This document shows, in pieces, positions 9,996 through 18,757 of a stretch of DNA of 64,000 nt (its first letter is position 1; every line of letters begins with the position of its first letter). This stretch comes from an uncultured bacterium (lineage in GTDB: Bacteria; Chlamydiota; Chlamydiia; Chlamydiales; JAAZZY01). The translations under genes and the position numbers were made by a program. The notes beneath the pieces were generated by a model that worked only from the letters and a program-made list of their open reading frames with translations, was not told the DNA's origin and searched no databases. The stretch is taken from contig CAZTEX010000002.1 in assembly GCA_964612505.1 (NCBI GenBank), positions 61,943 through 125,942 on the forward strand. Direction: 5' to 3'.

Positions 9996-11447
9996 TCAAA
10001 TGAGGCATAAACCGGTAAAACACCCCATGAACTTAAGCACTAGCCAAGACAGGAGGACAATAAGAGCCGTTGGGAAAAGGGCAGCTAGAAACAAGTTCAA
10101 AGGAGCAACCCCATCTTCAAAATGTTCTCTAAGGAGGAATTGACCTGCCGGGTTGGGTGCGTTGGCGATAATTGTTAATCCTCCACCAGCCACAGCTCCA
10201 CTCATCACCATATATTTTAATATTGGAGAAAGATTTGGAATAAGCCCGCTTAAGTAGGTAATGAGAGCATTATCATTAAAGCCAGTTAAAATAGTGGTAA
10301 CCAATAATAGAGGAGTTGGGGAAAGGCCAGTAATGACGGGCTCTATCCACCATCCCTGAAAAGTTCCATGAACAACGAGCCCCGCCAAGAATGTACCTAC
10401 TAACAAGGGACCTCTTAAAGACAGCTGATCCTGATGGGGGGCTGTTGCTTTCTGAAAGGCGATGAATAAGAGAAGGAGTCCGATCAAAAGGATTTGATAG
10501 TGGAGAAAAAAGATAGTCCCTATCAAAAAAAGAATATGGACACAAGTAATCCAGACAGGAACAAGCTCCCCTTGTTCACTATGGGTTGTTTTTTTAAGAC
10601 TTTTAAGCTGCTTATAAAAAAAGATAAAATAAACCATGTTTGATAATAGAATAGATGCAATCGATTTGAGCCCAAAATATCTAAACATATAGCCATTGGT
10701 CCAACACCACTTTTCTGCAACCATGAGCACTGGAGGAGCTGCAAAATTGGTCAGTACTCCCCCAATAGAGATATTGACAAACAGCAGCCCAAGGGTCGCA
10801 TAAGCTAACGTTTTTGAAGGTTTTTTTTCATATATTTGTCTCTTTAATAAGAGTGCTCCTAAAGTCATAGCTCCTGGCTCGGTAATAAAAGATCCTAAAA
10901 TAGGGCACACTGTTAAAATAATTAACCACCAAGCAGCGGGTCCCCCCCCAAATATCTTGGCAAGAAGATGCAAACACCATTCAGCAAATTTAAGAATCGG
11001 CTTTGTTGAGGCTATAACCATAATCACAACCACAAAAAGCGGCTCATTAAAGCGAACGGTGTTCAAATACCCTAAAGCCACATGCCAATCATAAAAAATG
11101 GTAATAACGATCAAAAGAGGAATCACCCAAATAGCAAATATAACCTCTACTTCTCCCAAAAAGTGTAAAATTTCAATTTTAAAAGAGTGCTCATATTGTC
11201 CCATGGGGTGTTTTTTAGCTTTTCTGTCAGCTAACGCATGGGCATATTTTGTAATTTGATAAGCGACAAGGGTATGAATAATAGCTAAAATAAAGATTAT
11301 TAATGAGTATAGCAAAACTGGGTTTGCTTGAACATTGGCCTTAAAAACATCCACTAAAGAGGCTTTTGGGCCTAGAAATACCGGCTGAGGGGGAAAGGCA
11401 CCAAACGCCATAAATATCTTCTCAATATTTGATTTTAAGCTAAACAC
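9996..11447 (-). CDS. Polytopic ion-transporter-superfamily permease (ArsB/NhaD-like anion/cation permease)
   Basis: About 12-13 hydrophobic helices, Gly/Pro-rich re-entrant-like segments, 483 aa. No more specific motif recognised. Confidence 0.5.
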   Translation of the reverse strand: MFSLKSNIEKIFMAFGAFPPQPVFLGPKASLVDVFKANVQANPVLLYSLIIFILAIIHTLVAYQITKYAHALADRKAKKHPMGQYEHSFKIEILHFLGEVEVIFAIWVIPLLIVITIFYDWHVALGYLNTVRFNEPLFVVVIMVIASTKPILKFAEWCLHLLAKIFGGGPAAWWLIILTVCPILGSFITEPGAMTLGALLLKRQIYEKKPSKTLAYATLGLLFVNISIGGVLTNFAAPPVLMVAEKWCWTNGYMFRYFGLKSIASILLSNMVYFIFFYKQLKSLKKTTHSEQGELVPVWITCVHILFLIGTIFFLHYQILLIGLLLLFIAFQKATAPHQDQLSLRGPLLVGTFLAGLVVHGTFQGWWIEPVITGLSPTPLLLVTTILTGFNDNALITYLSGLIPNLSPILKYMVMSGAVAGGGLTIIANAPNPAGQFLLREHFEDGVAPLNLFLAALFPTALIVLLSWLVLKFMGCFTGLCLI

Positions 11448-11487
11448 CTGGTATCATATGTGATAAAAAGATTAAACAAAATATTTT

Positions 11488-12114
11488 ATGATTTCTGCTC
11501 CTTTAAATAATTATTTAGAAAAGCACTCCAAGCCACTTTCTAATTATTTAAACAGCTTAATGGAAAATGCCCACCTTCACGGTGAAGGGGCTCATATGAT
11601 TTGTGGGCCACAAATTGCGGCTCTTTTATCTATCTTAGTCAAATTAGCCAATGCCAAATATATCGTTGATGTTGGAACCTTTATTGGGTTTTCAGCGTTG
11701 GTTTTAGCAGAGGCAAGCTGCAAAGAAGGAAAAGTATTTAGTTGTGAAAAGGACCCCAGAAGTTTTGAAATCGCAAGAAAAAATATCGACCAACATCCAG
11801 ATGGATGGAAAGTTCAACTTAGTTTGCAAGATGCTGATGAATTTATAGATGCATTACCTAGCGGTATAGAATTTTCATTTCTGGATGGTCACAAACAATC
11901 ATATCTTTCCAACTATAAAAAATTGGTTGAAAAAACAAAATCAGGTGGGATCATTGTAATTGATGACGCACTATGGAAGGGTGAAATAACCCATCCCAAT
12001 AATCCTCGTTTGCAAGCAATGGATGAGTTTAATACGACTATTTATGAGGACCCCAAAGTTGAAAACTTACTGATTCCCATTCGCAATGGAATCAATTTAA
12101 TATATAAATTGTAA
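11488..12114 (+). CDS. Class I SAM-dependent O-methyltransferase (caffeoyl-CoA/catechol OMT-like family 3)
   Basis: SAM-binding region YIVDVGTFIGFSALVLAEA and the downstream GGIIVIDDALWKG typical of family-3 O-methyltransferases. Confidence 0.7.
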   Translation: MISAPLNNYLEKHSKPLSNYLNSLMENAHLHGEGAHMICGPQIAALLSILVKLANAKYIVDVGTFIGFSALVLAEASCKEGKVFSCEKDPRSFEIARKNIDQHPDGWKVQLSLQDADEFIDALPSGIEFSFLDGHKQSYLSNYKKLVEKTKSGGIIVIDDALWKGEITHPNNPRLQAMDEFNTTIYEDPKVENLLIPIRNGINLIYKL

Positions 12115-12132
12115 CTAAACAAAGAGAGAAAA

Positions 12133-12717
12133 ATGAAATTACTAAAAATGACCTTATGTGGAGCTTTAATCGGAGGCTGCTTAATGGTATCTTCTTTCAC
12201 CAAAGCAGAAGCAAGCTCTCCTATTCTTAAAGAAGAAGCTGTCAATTCCAGCAAAGATTTACACTCTACCATTCATGAGCTTGAGCTCCTTTTTGTGCTA
12301 ATGCAAGAGCGCTTAGTACTGATGCATGATTTAGCACGCTATAAATGGAACCAGGAACAAAATTTAGAAACATTGAAGGGCGAACTATTTGCCGTAAACC
12401 AAGATGACCAAGCTCTCGCCTCTTTTTTAACTGCTCAAAATAATGCAGCTTTAAAAATGCAAGAACAAGATTTTGAGCTCTTCAAAAAAGAAGGGATCGA
12501 CAAGTTTGAAAGTGTTAAAGATTTTAACACAGAAATTCTACCCCATTTAGAGCTTTTAAATGCTCAAATTGAAAGTAGCGCTTATGAATTGATGAGCAGT
12601 GCTCAGCATGAGTCTCTTCCTGATTTCTTAAAAGATGTCTCCTTTAATTCTTTTAAACAAGAAGGGATTGAAAGAGGGGTTTACGATATCGCGGTAGAGC
12701 CACTTTTTCAGAAATAA
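12133..12717 (+). CDS. Secreted hypothetical protein (weak AroQ/chorismate-mutase-like helical signature)
   Basis: Signal peptide MKLLKMTLCGALIGGCLMVSSFTKAEA. The segment IHELELLFVLMQERLVLMHDLARYKW weakly resembles the CM_2 first-helix pattern. Confidence 0.3.
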   Translation: MKLLKMTLCGALIGGCLMVSSFTKAEASSPILKEEAVNSSKDLHSTIHELELLFVLMQERLVLMHDLARYKWNQEQNLETLKGELFAVNQDDQALASFLTAQNNAALKMQEQDFELFKKEGIDKFESVKDFNTEILPHLELLNAQIESSAYELMSSAQHESLPDFLKDVSFNSFKQEGIERGVYDIAVEPLFQK

Positions 12718-12721
12718 ATGA

Positions 12722-13372
12722 TTATTTTGTTCTCTTTTGAACTTTCAAATGAGGATGCTTAATGAGCTCATCGGAATAAATCAGATGGGCTCCTTTTTTT
12801 TGCATTTCATTCAAAGCCGCCGCGCCATCATTTTTATGGACATTCACAGCCTTGCATCCATCAACAACAATAAAGACATTGTAGCCCAAGCTAAGAGCAT
12901 CAAGCGCTGTTTGTTTAACGCAGTAATCTGTAGCTAATCCCACAATATATAAATCAGAAATCTCATGCTTTTTAAAATAGGAATCTATTTCACTAGCTGG
13001 GTTATGATTTTGATCAAAAAAAATGCTATAACTATCAATCTCTGATTGGGTTCCTTTGATAAACTCCAGTTTAATTTTCTTCTTATTGAGTTTATCTGAC
13101 AATTGACTGCCCCACTCACCTGCAACGCAATGATCTGGCCACAACACCTGCTCCATAACCCCTATCTTCATTTTAAAGCCCACTGATTTCTGCCAACGAC
13201 TTGCAAAACTAATATGGTTTTTAGGATGGTAATCTTTAGTAGCAAAAACATAATCAAACTGGTCGATTAATTTATTGATAACAGGAAGAACTTGATCTGA
13301 ATAAGCTACAGCAAGCGCTCCACCAGGTAAAAAATCATTCTGAACGTCTACAATTAAAAGTGCTTTTGTCAT
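12722..13372 (-). CDS. pncA: Nicotinamidase/pyrazinamidase (isochorismatase-fold)
   Basis: N-terminal ALLIVDVQNDFLPGGALAV and a catalytic Cys region (GLATDYCVKQTALDA). Its start overlaps the pncB stop by 4 bp, so the two are in one operon. Confidence 0.75.
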   Translation of the reverse strand: MTKALLIVDVQNDFLPGGALAVAYSDQVLPVINKLIDQFDYVFATKDYHPKNHISFASRWQKSVGFKMKIGVMEQVLWPDHCVAGEWGSQLSDKLNKKKIKLEFIKGTQSEIDSYSIFFDQNHNPASEIDSYFKKHEISDLYIVGLATDYCVKQTALDALSLGYNVFIVVDGCKAVNVHKNDGAAALNEMQKKGAHLIYSDELIKHPHLKVQKRTK

Positions 13373-14832
13373 TTTGATTGCCTAATTTTTTCTATGAGCT
13401 TTGTTTTTGTTTGATAAAGCCCTGCTTCTAATCCCACAGGATATTGATGTGGAAATACAAATCTTTTCAAACCACTGTGAAAATAAGACAGATGAGAAAT
13501 CATTTTATGACGGATGAGAGAAAGTTCTGGAGAGCGATAGACTGCTTTACCATTTCTAAAAATCGGCACTAATAAATCTTGCATTGGATGATGAAGTGGA
13601 AACTCTTTCTTCTTGGTAGGATCTAAAGGATCGATCATTTCCCACTTAGATGGAGGAGGAGCTAGTTCATTATAAATAACATCTCCTAAATAGCGTTTTT
13701 CAGATGTAAAACGTTTGATTTGTAAGATGCCTGGATTCGTTGTCTTTCTCATTTGCTCAGAGATTTTAAGGCGATATTTCCAATCTTCATGAGGAGCTTT
13801 AATAGCCGAAATTTTATAAACACCATCTAAAGCAGATTGCCCTTGAGAAGTCACTAAGTTGGTACCAACACCCCAAACGCAAATTTGAGCTTCTTGTTGT
13901 AAAAGATCGCGAATAATCATTTCATCTAGTTCATTACTAGCTAAAATAAGAGCATCTTTAAATCCAGCATCATCAAGCATCTTTCTCCCTTCAATGCTTA
14001 AATAAGCTAAGTCTCCAGAATCTAAACGTATTCCTAAGAATTTCTTTCCATTCTCTTGTAATTTTTTGCCAACAGTGATGGCATGCTTAATCCCTTTTAA
14101 GGAATTATAAGTATCGACTAAGAATAAACAATTATCGGGTTGTGTTTGTGCAAAAACTTCAAAAGCTTCCAATTCATCATCAAAGGCTAAAATCCAGCTA
14201 TGGGCTTGAGTGCCACGCAATGGAATCTTAAAAAGCTTACTTGCCATGATATTAGAAGTGGCGCTGCATCCACCAATGTATGCTGCTCTAGAGGCCGAAA
14301 CCGCTCCATCAATGCCTTGAGCTCTTCTAAATCCAAATTCGATGACTGGAGCACCTTGAGCAGCAATATAAATGCGCGCTGCTTTAGTAGCGATTAAGGT
14401 TTGAAAATTAATAATATTTAACAGCAAGCTTTCTAAAAGCTGGCATTGTAAAAGAGGCCCTTTTACTCGCACTAAAGGTTCGTAGGGAAAAACAAACTCT
14501 CCCTCTTCAACAGCATCAATGTCCCAGCTAAATTCAAGATCTTGCAAATGCTTAAGGAAGTCTAAACAAAAATAAGGGTTCCCTTGATCATTTTTAAGAT
14601 CTTTTAAAAAGGCAATATCTTCATCTTTAAAGCGATAGTTTTTTAACACCTCTATCAAAGTATCAAGACCTGCTGCAACAGCTAAACTTCCATTAAAGGG
14701 AGGCCTGCGAAAGTTCATATGAAACACAGCTTGATGATTATCAATTTTTGCTTTCCAAAAGCCATAAGCCATGGTTAACTGATAAAAGTCTGTCAATAGA
14801 GAAGGAGATAAACTATGGGAAATACACGACAT
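13369..14832 (-). CDS. pncB: Nicotinate phosphoribosyltransferase
   Basis: N-terminal LLTDFYQLTMAYGFWK signature of NAPRTase, 487 aa. Adjacent to pncA. Confidence 0.85.
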   Translation of the reverse strand: MSCISHSLSPSLLTDFYQLTMAYGFWKAKIDNHQAVFHMNFRRPPFNGSLAVAAGLDTLIEVLKNYRFKDEDIAFLKDLKNDQGNPYFCLDFLKHLQDLEFSWDIDAVEEGEFVFPYEPLVRVKGPLLQCQLLESLLLNIINFQTLIATKAARIYIAAQGAPVIEFGFRRAQGIDGAVSASRAAYIGGCSATSNIMASKLFKIPLRGTQAHSWILAFDDELEAFEVFAQTQPDNCLFLVDTYNSLKGIKHAITVGKKLQENGKKFLGIRLDSGDLAYLSIEGRKMLDDAGFKDALILASNELDEMIIRDLLQQEAQICVWGVGTNLVTSQGQSALDGVYKISAIKAPHEDWKYRLKISEQMRKTTNPGILQIKRFTSEKRYLGDVIYNELAPPPSKWEMIDPLDPTKKKEFPLHHPMQDLLVPIFRNGKAVYRSPELSLIRHKMISHLSYFHSGLKRFVFPHQYPVGLEAGLYQTKTKLIEKIRQSK

Positions 14833-14833
14833 T

Positions 14834-15175
14834 TTAAAGCTTTGATTCTTTTAAGCTATTTTTACGCTCTTCTAAAGAGTTAATCTGAACTTGAATTTCT
14901 TCAACGTTTGCATAGGCCTCTCTTGCTAGGCGATCTGCTTTTTGAGCATCTTTGGGACTTTTATTTCGAAATAAAACTCGCTTGCGCTCCGATTCATAAT
15001 ATGATTTCTTTTTCAAATACTGACTCTGCCATTTTTTTAGCATCTGGATGCTTTTTTCAATATCTGCTATTTGCTCTAAAGTGTCTTGGTTTGTTTGATC
15101 TTGATTTTCCGAAAACAACATCGGAGCAAATACACTGTGGAGAGCCAATGGAATGATTAAAAAAAATCTTTTCAT
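14834..15175 (-). CDS. Small secreted coiled-coil protein, paralogue 2
   Basis: Signal peptide, heptad-rich. Shares LKKWQSQY and a lysine/arginine-rich core with the upstream paralogue. There is a 1-bp gap to pncB. Confidence 0.45.
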   Translation of the reverse strand: MKRFFLIIPLALHSVFAPMLFSENQDQTNQDTLEQIADIEKSIQMLKKWQSQYLKKKSYYESERKRVLFRNKSPKDAQKADRLAREAYANVEEIQVQINSLEERKNSLKESKL

Positions 15176-15176
15176 C

Positions 15177-15578
15177 TCATTTTTTTGGGATAGGTTGATT
15201 GTGGCGTTTTAAGATGATATTACGCTGATTGACCAACTTGTCAATAATGACTTGTAAGTCTTCGGCTTTTTGATTAGCATTTTCAGCTACCTTCCAAAGT
15301 CTTTTAGCATCAATTAATTGATCTTCTTCAAACTGGAGGCGATCTGCCTTAAACTCGGCTTGCTCCGCTGTCATTTTATACCCTTCTTGCCATCGCTTCA
15401 ATAATGTAATTTTCTCATTCAGCTCTTGAACTTGCTCTTGCCAGCTAGGCTCATCGGCAGTATTTGAAGCTTTGGACTCTTTAGCATGAAGCTGAGCGCT
15501 CATGGGGCTTACCCAAGCTAAAGGAAAAAGCAAGAAAAGACAAAGAATAAAATGAACTCGTTTTTTCATAAAACTCAT
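15177..15578 (-). CDS. Small secreted coiled-coil protein, paralogue 1
   Basis: Signal peptide MKKRVHFILCLFLLFPLAWVSPMSAQ. LKRWQEGY...RL corresponds to LKKWQSQY...RK in the neighbouring gene. Confidence 0.45.
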   Translation of the reverse strand: MSFMKKRVHFILCLFLLFPLAWVSPMSAQLHAKESKASNTADEPSWQEQVQELNEKITLLKRWQEGYKMTAEQAEFKADRLQFEEDQLIDAKRLWKVAENANQKAEDLQVIIDKLVNQRNIILKRHNQPIPKK

Positions 15579-15832
15579 AGGACTAACTTTTTTATTTTAG
15601 TTTTAAATTATTACAAATCACAATTCTATTCTACCAAAATCATTGCCTCTACAATTTGAATAAATATCCTTTTATGCAATTTTTTTTTAAAGATTTTCCT
15701 TTATTCAAAAAAAGTTTATCTTTCTTTAAACCCTGGGTTTAGTAGCTGGCTCTCTACCTTCCGTTCTTTTCCACTCCCTAATTCTCTAATGCTAAAAAAC
15801 CCTAAAAATAATATAATTTTGCCCATAATATT

Positions 15833-16894
15833 ATGAAAAAAAATCTTTCTTTAAAAAAACTTCCTCTCTTTGTATTTGCCATCCTTTTTCTTAGCCATCA
15901 GCTTGTCTGCCAGGACTTTGCTATAGCTCAAGGCTTAAAAAAGGCAAAAAAGGGTGACTATTTGGTTAGCAGCCATGGCAAGAGTTTTACTTTATTTCAT
16001 ATTTTTGACACCAAAGGGGAAACCCTCGTTATCGAAGAAATCTCAGCTCCTATTAATGAAGTAAAAAAAATCAAAGGCCTCTGGCAAGAATGGGTCAATA
16101 GTCAGGCTCCAGGGCATCTCTCTTGGGTTATGTATGAGCTAGATCTAAATGTAAAAAACATTGAGCAGATGTATTCATTTTCTCAAAAAAGCTGGCAAAA
16201 GATTTATCCCCAAGAGCAAATATTCCCAACACTTATTAGCTTACAATTTAAATTAATCCCCGAAAGCCTTCGTAAAAAAGCAGGGCCCCCTCCCCCTTTA
16301 GAGATGCCTGATAACCGCTTGACGTGGAATCCCCCCATCGTCTTTGATGGGAAAAAAGTGAAGTCAGCAGCTTGCAACGCCTACCAGACCCACTGGCCTC
16401 AAGATGGCTCAGAACTCGCTAATAAAAAAATTGAAATTTACCTACCTCAAGAAGGGGAAAAGGTTCCTAGTTACTTTCCATTTTGGATTCAAGTCGCTAA
16501 TCAATTTTCACAAGTAAAAATGAGAATTATCGATTCTGGACGAGGTCTTAAATCGATTCACACAAGCCTGCCCATCCCTCCTCTAGAATTAATCTCTCAT
16601 CAGTATACTGCTACTGGAGATCTGCAATTTGAACTTAAAACACATCCTAACTTTCTAGGGTATCAGGTTTATATCCGGCTTAAAGATGATTTGCATTGCA
16701 CCCCAATCCCATTTTCTCTCCAACAAGACAAAGCGCATCGTCACGCAATGTTCACTATTGTAAATGATAATTTAAATAATAAGTTAAAAGCTGATAAGCT
16801 TTATTACTTTATTTTTGAACCTCAAGAGCATCCGCAAATGAGCGTTGAAACGACCAAACCCATAAGTATAGCAAAACCATATGTTCATCAGTAA
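15833..16894 (+). CDS. Secreted hypothetical protein
   Basis: N-terminal signal peptide (LPLFVFAILFLSHQLVC). No recognisable domain. Its 3' end overlaps lepB by 14 bp. Confidence 0.4.
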   Translation: MKKNLSLKKLPLFVFAILFLSHQLVCQDFAIAQGLKKAKKGDYLVSSHGKSFTLFHIFDTKGETLVIEEISAPINEVKKIKGLWQEWVNSQAPGHLSWVMYELDLNVKNIEQMYSFSQKSWQKIYPQEQIFPTLISLQFKLIPESLRKKAGPPPPLEMPDNRLTWNPPIVFDGKKVKSAACNAYQTHWPQDGSELANKKIEIYLPQEGEKVPSYFPFWIQVANQFSQVKMRIIDSGRGLKSIHTSLPIPPLELISHQYTATGDLQFELKTHPNFLGYQVYIRLKDDLHCTPIPFSLQQDKAHRHAMFTIVNDNLNNKLKADKLYYFIFEPQEHPQMSVETTKPISIAKPYVHQ

Positions 16895-18743
16895 ACTAGT
16901 GCAAAACTACAAATATTCTCTAAGAAAATCAAGAAAGACCTTTCATCATGTTCGCGATCTTTTAATCAAGAAAAAGAGAAAACTTTCTGATGAAGCTTAT
17001 GCCATGATCAAGCAGCTTCTCTCTCAATTAAAAGAAGCGATTGATCAAAAAGAATCTGCTAATGCGTATGCTATTTCTAAAAAGCTTCTCAACTATACCA
17101 AATTAAACGTAAAAAAAACGCCGTATGATTACTTTAACGAATGGGTTATTGGTATTGGTTTTACCCTGCTGACAGTTACACTGATTAATCAATTGTGGTT
17201 TCAACATTATCAGATACCTTCAGGATCAATGAGGCCCACACTTCTGGAAAAAGATCGCGTCATTGCCACTAAAACATGCTTTGGAATTAATTTTCCCTTT
17301 AAACAATCCCATCTCTACTTTGATTCTTCTAATTTAAACCGCGGCAATATAGCCATTTTTACAGTCGATAATTTACCTCCTGAAGAAAACAAATCTCGCT
17401 ATTTATTTCTTTTTAATACGAAAAAACAAATGGTTAAGAGACTCATTGGAAAATCTGGAGACACCCTCTACTTTTACGGAGGAAAAATATATGGCGTTGA
17501 TCAACACGGAAAAGAAATAAAAGAATTTCAAGATTCAAAAATTTTTCAAAATCTTGAACACGTGCCTTTCAGCAGCTTTGAAGGGAAAGTAACGATTGAC
17601 GAACCCAAAAAAAATCGCCGAATTGCATCCCCTGTATTTATCTCTCAAATGGGACAAGAAGTGGCTAAACTCTATGTGAGTTCTCAAGGAACATTGCATG
17701 GCAAATTCTCCAACGGGCATCAATGGATTGAAGAATCCCCTAAATTAGAATATCAAGATCTTTGGGGCATTAAAAATTATGCGATGGTGAAAATGCTCGA
17801 TCGCAAACAAGCCCAGGAACTCGGCTATGACCTTAAAGGATTTGATCAGTCTTTTTTCTTAGAACTACACCACTCTCCTCATACAAACTACCCACGTCCT
17901 CACCTAGGCGTTGATCTTTTAGGTCGCTTTCGTCCTATGATGACCCCTGAAAAATCATTGCTTCCTTTATCTGAGGAGCACCTTAAAGCGATTAAAAATA
18001 GCATCTACACAGCAAGATTTGTCATCAAAGGTGAATATGGCGGCAATTATGCCATGCAACATTCTTTCAAAGCCCATTCGTATAGCCCTTTTTTTGCTAA
18101 TTTAGCCGATGGAACCTACGAATTTATTGATGGAACTGCTTATCAAATCGGTCGATCTGGGACACAGAAGAAATTAGCTGCAGACCATTTATTAAATAGC
18201 TCAGATCCTTACATGACCCAAAAGCTTTTTAATTTAGGGATGGAGATGATTACCCTTTATGAACCTGATAAATCTCATACCGATTTTATCCCGCATCGTT
18301 ATGCCTACTTTCGTGAAGGAGATCTATACCTACTCAATCACAAGATCTTCTCTAAAGACGACCCGATCTTAACTACTTTTGTTGCTAATGAAAAATCTAA
18401 AGCTAGAGGCTTTTTTGATTATGGTTCTCCAATGGTTGATGGAAAACTCGATAAAGAACTCATTGTCAATTATGGCCTGCATATCCCAAGTGGTTATTAT
18501 CTTTTCTTAGGTGATAATCATGCAGGAAGTAGAGATTGCCGAGACTTTGGTTTCATCCCTGAAAAGAATATCCAAGGATCTCCAGCTATTATTATTTGGC
18601 CTTCTAGTTCACGTTTTGGTCTTTTAAACCAAACAAAACTGAATTGGTGGAATTTGCCTAATCTCATTGTCTGGAGCATTGCAGCTACAGCTTTAGTAAC
18701 AGCAACGCTCTATTCCAGAAAGCATCGAGGAAAAGCTCTTTAA
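16881..18743 (+). CDS. lepB: Signal peptidase I (long, Chlamydiae-type)
   Basis: N-terminal TM anchor, box B IPSGSMRPTL (catalytic Ser), box C RLIGKSGDTL, box E GDNHAGSRDCRDFGF (catalytic Lys region). Confidence 0.85.
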   Translation: MFISKLVQNYKYSLRKSRKTFHHVRDLLIKKKRKLSDEAYAMIKQLLSQLKEAIDQKESANAYAISKKLLNYTKLNVKKTPYDYFNEWVIGIGFTLLTVTLINQLWFQHYQIPSGSMRPTLLEKDRVIATKTCFGINFPFKQSHLYFDSSNLNRGNIAIFTVDNLPPEENKSRYLFLFNTKKQMVKRLIGKSGDTLYFYGGKIYGVDQHGKEIKEFQDSKIFQNLEHVPFSSFEGKVTIDEPKKNRRIASPVFISQMGQEVAKLYVSSQGTLHGKFSNGHQWIEESPKLEYQDLWGIKNYAMVKMLDRKQAQELGYDLKGFDQSFFLELHHSPHTNYPRPHLGVDLLGRFRPMMTPEKSLLPLSEEHLKAIKNSIYTARFVIKGEYGGNYAMQHSFKAHSYSPFFANLADGTYEFIDGTAYQIGRSGTQKKLAADHLLNSSDPYMTQKLFNLGMEMITLYEPDKSHTDFIPHRYAYFREGDLYLLNHKIFSKDDPILTTFVANEKSKARGFFDYGSPMVDGKLDKELIVNYGLHIPSGYYLFLGDNHAGSRDCRDFGFIPEKNIQGSPAIIIWPSSSRFGLLNQTKLNWWNLPNLIVWSIAATALVTATLYSRKHRGKAL

Positions 18744-18757
18744 TTTTGAGAGCTTTA

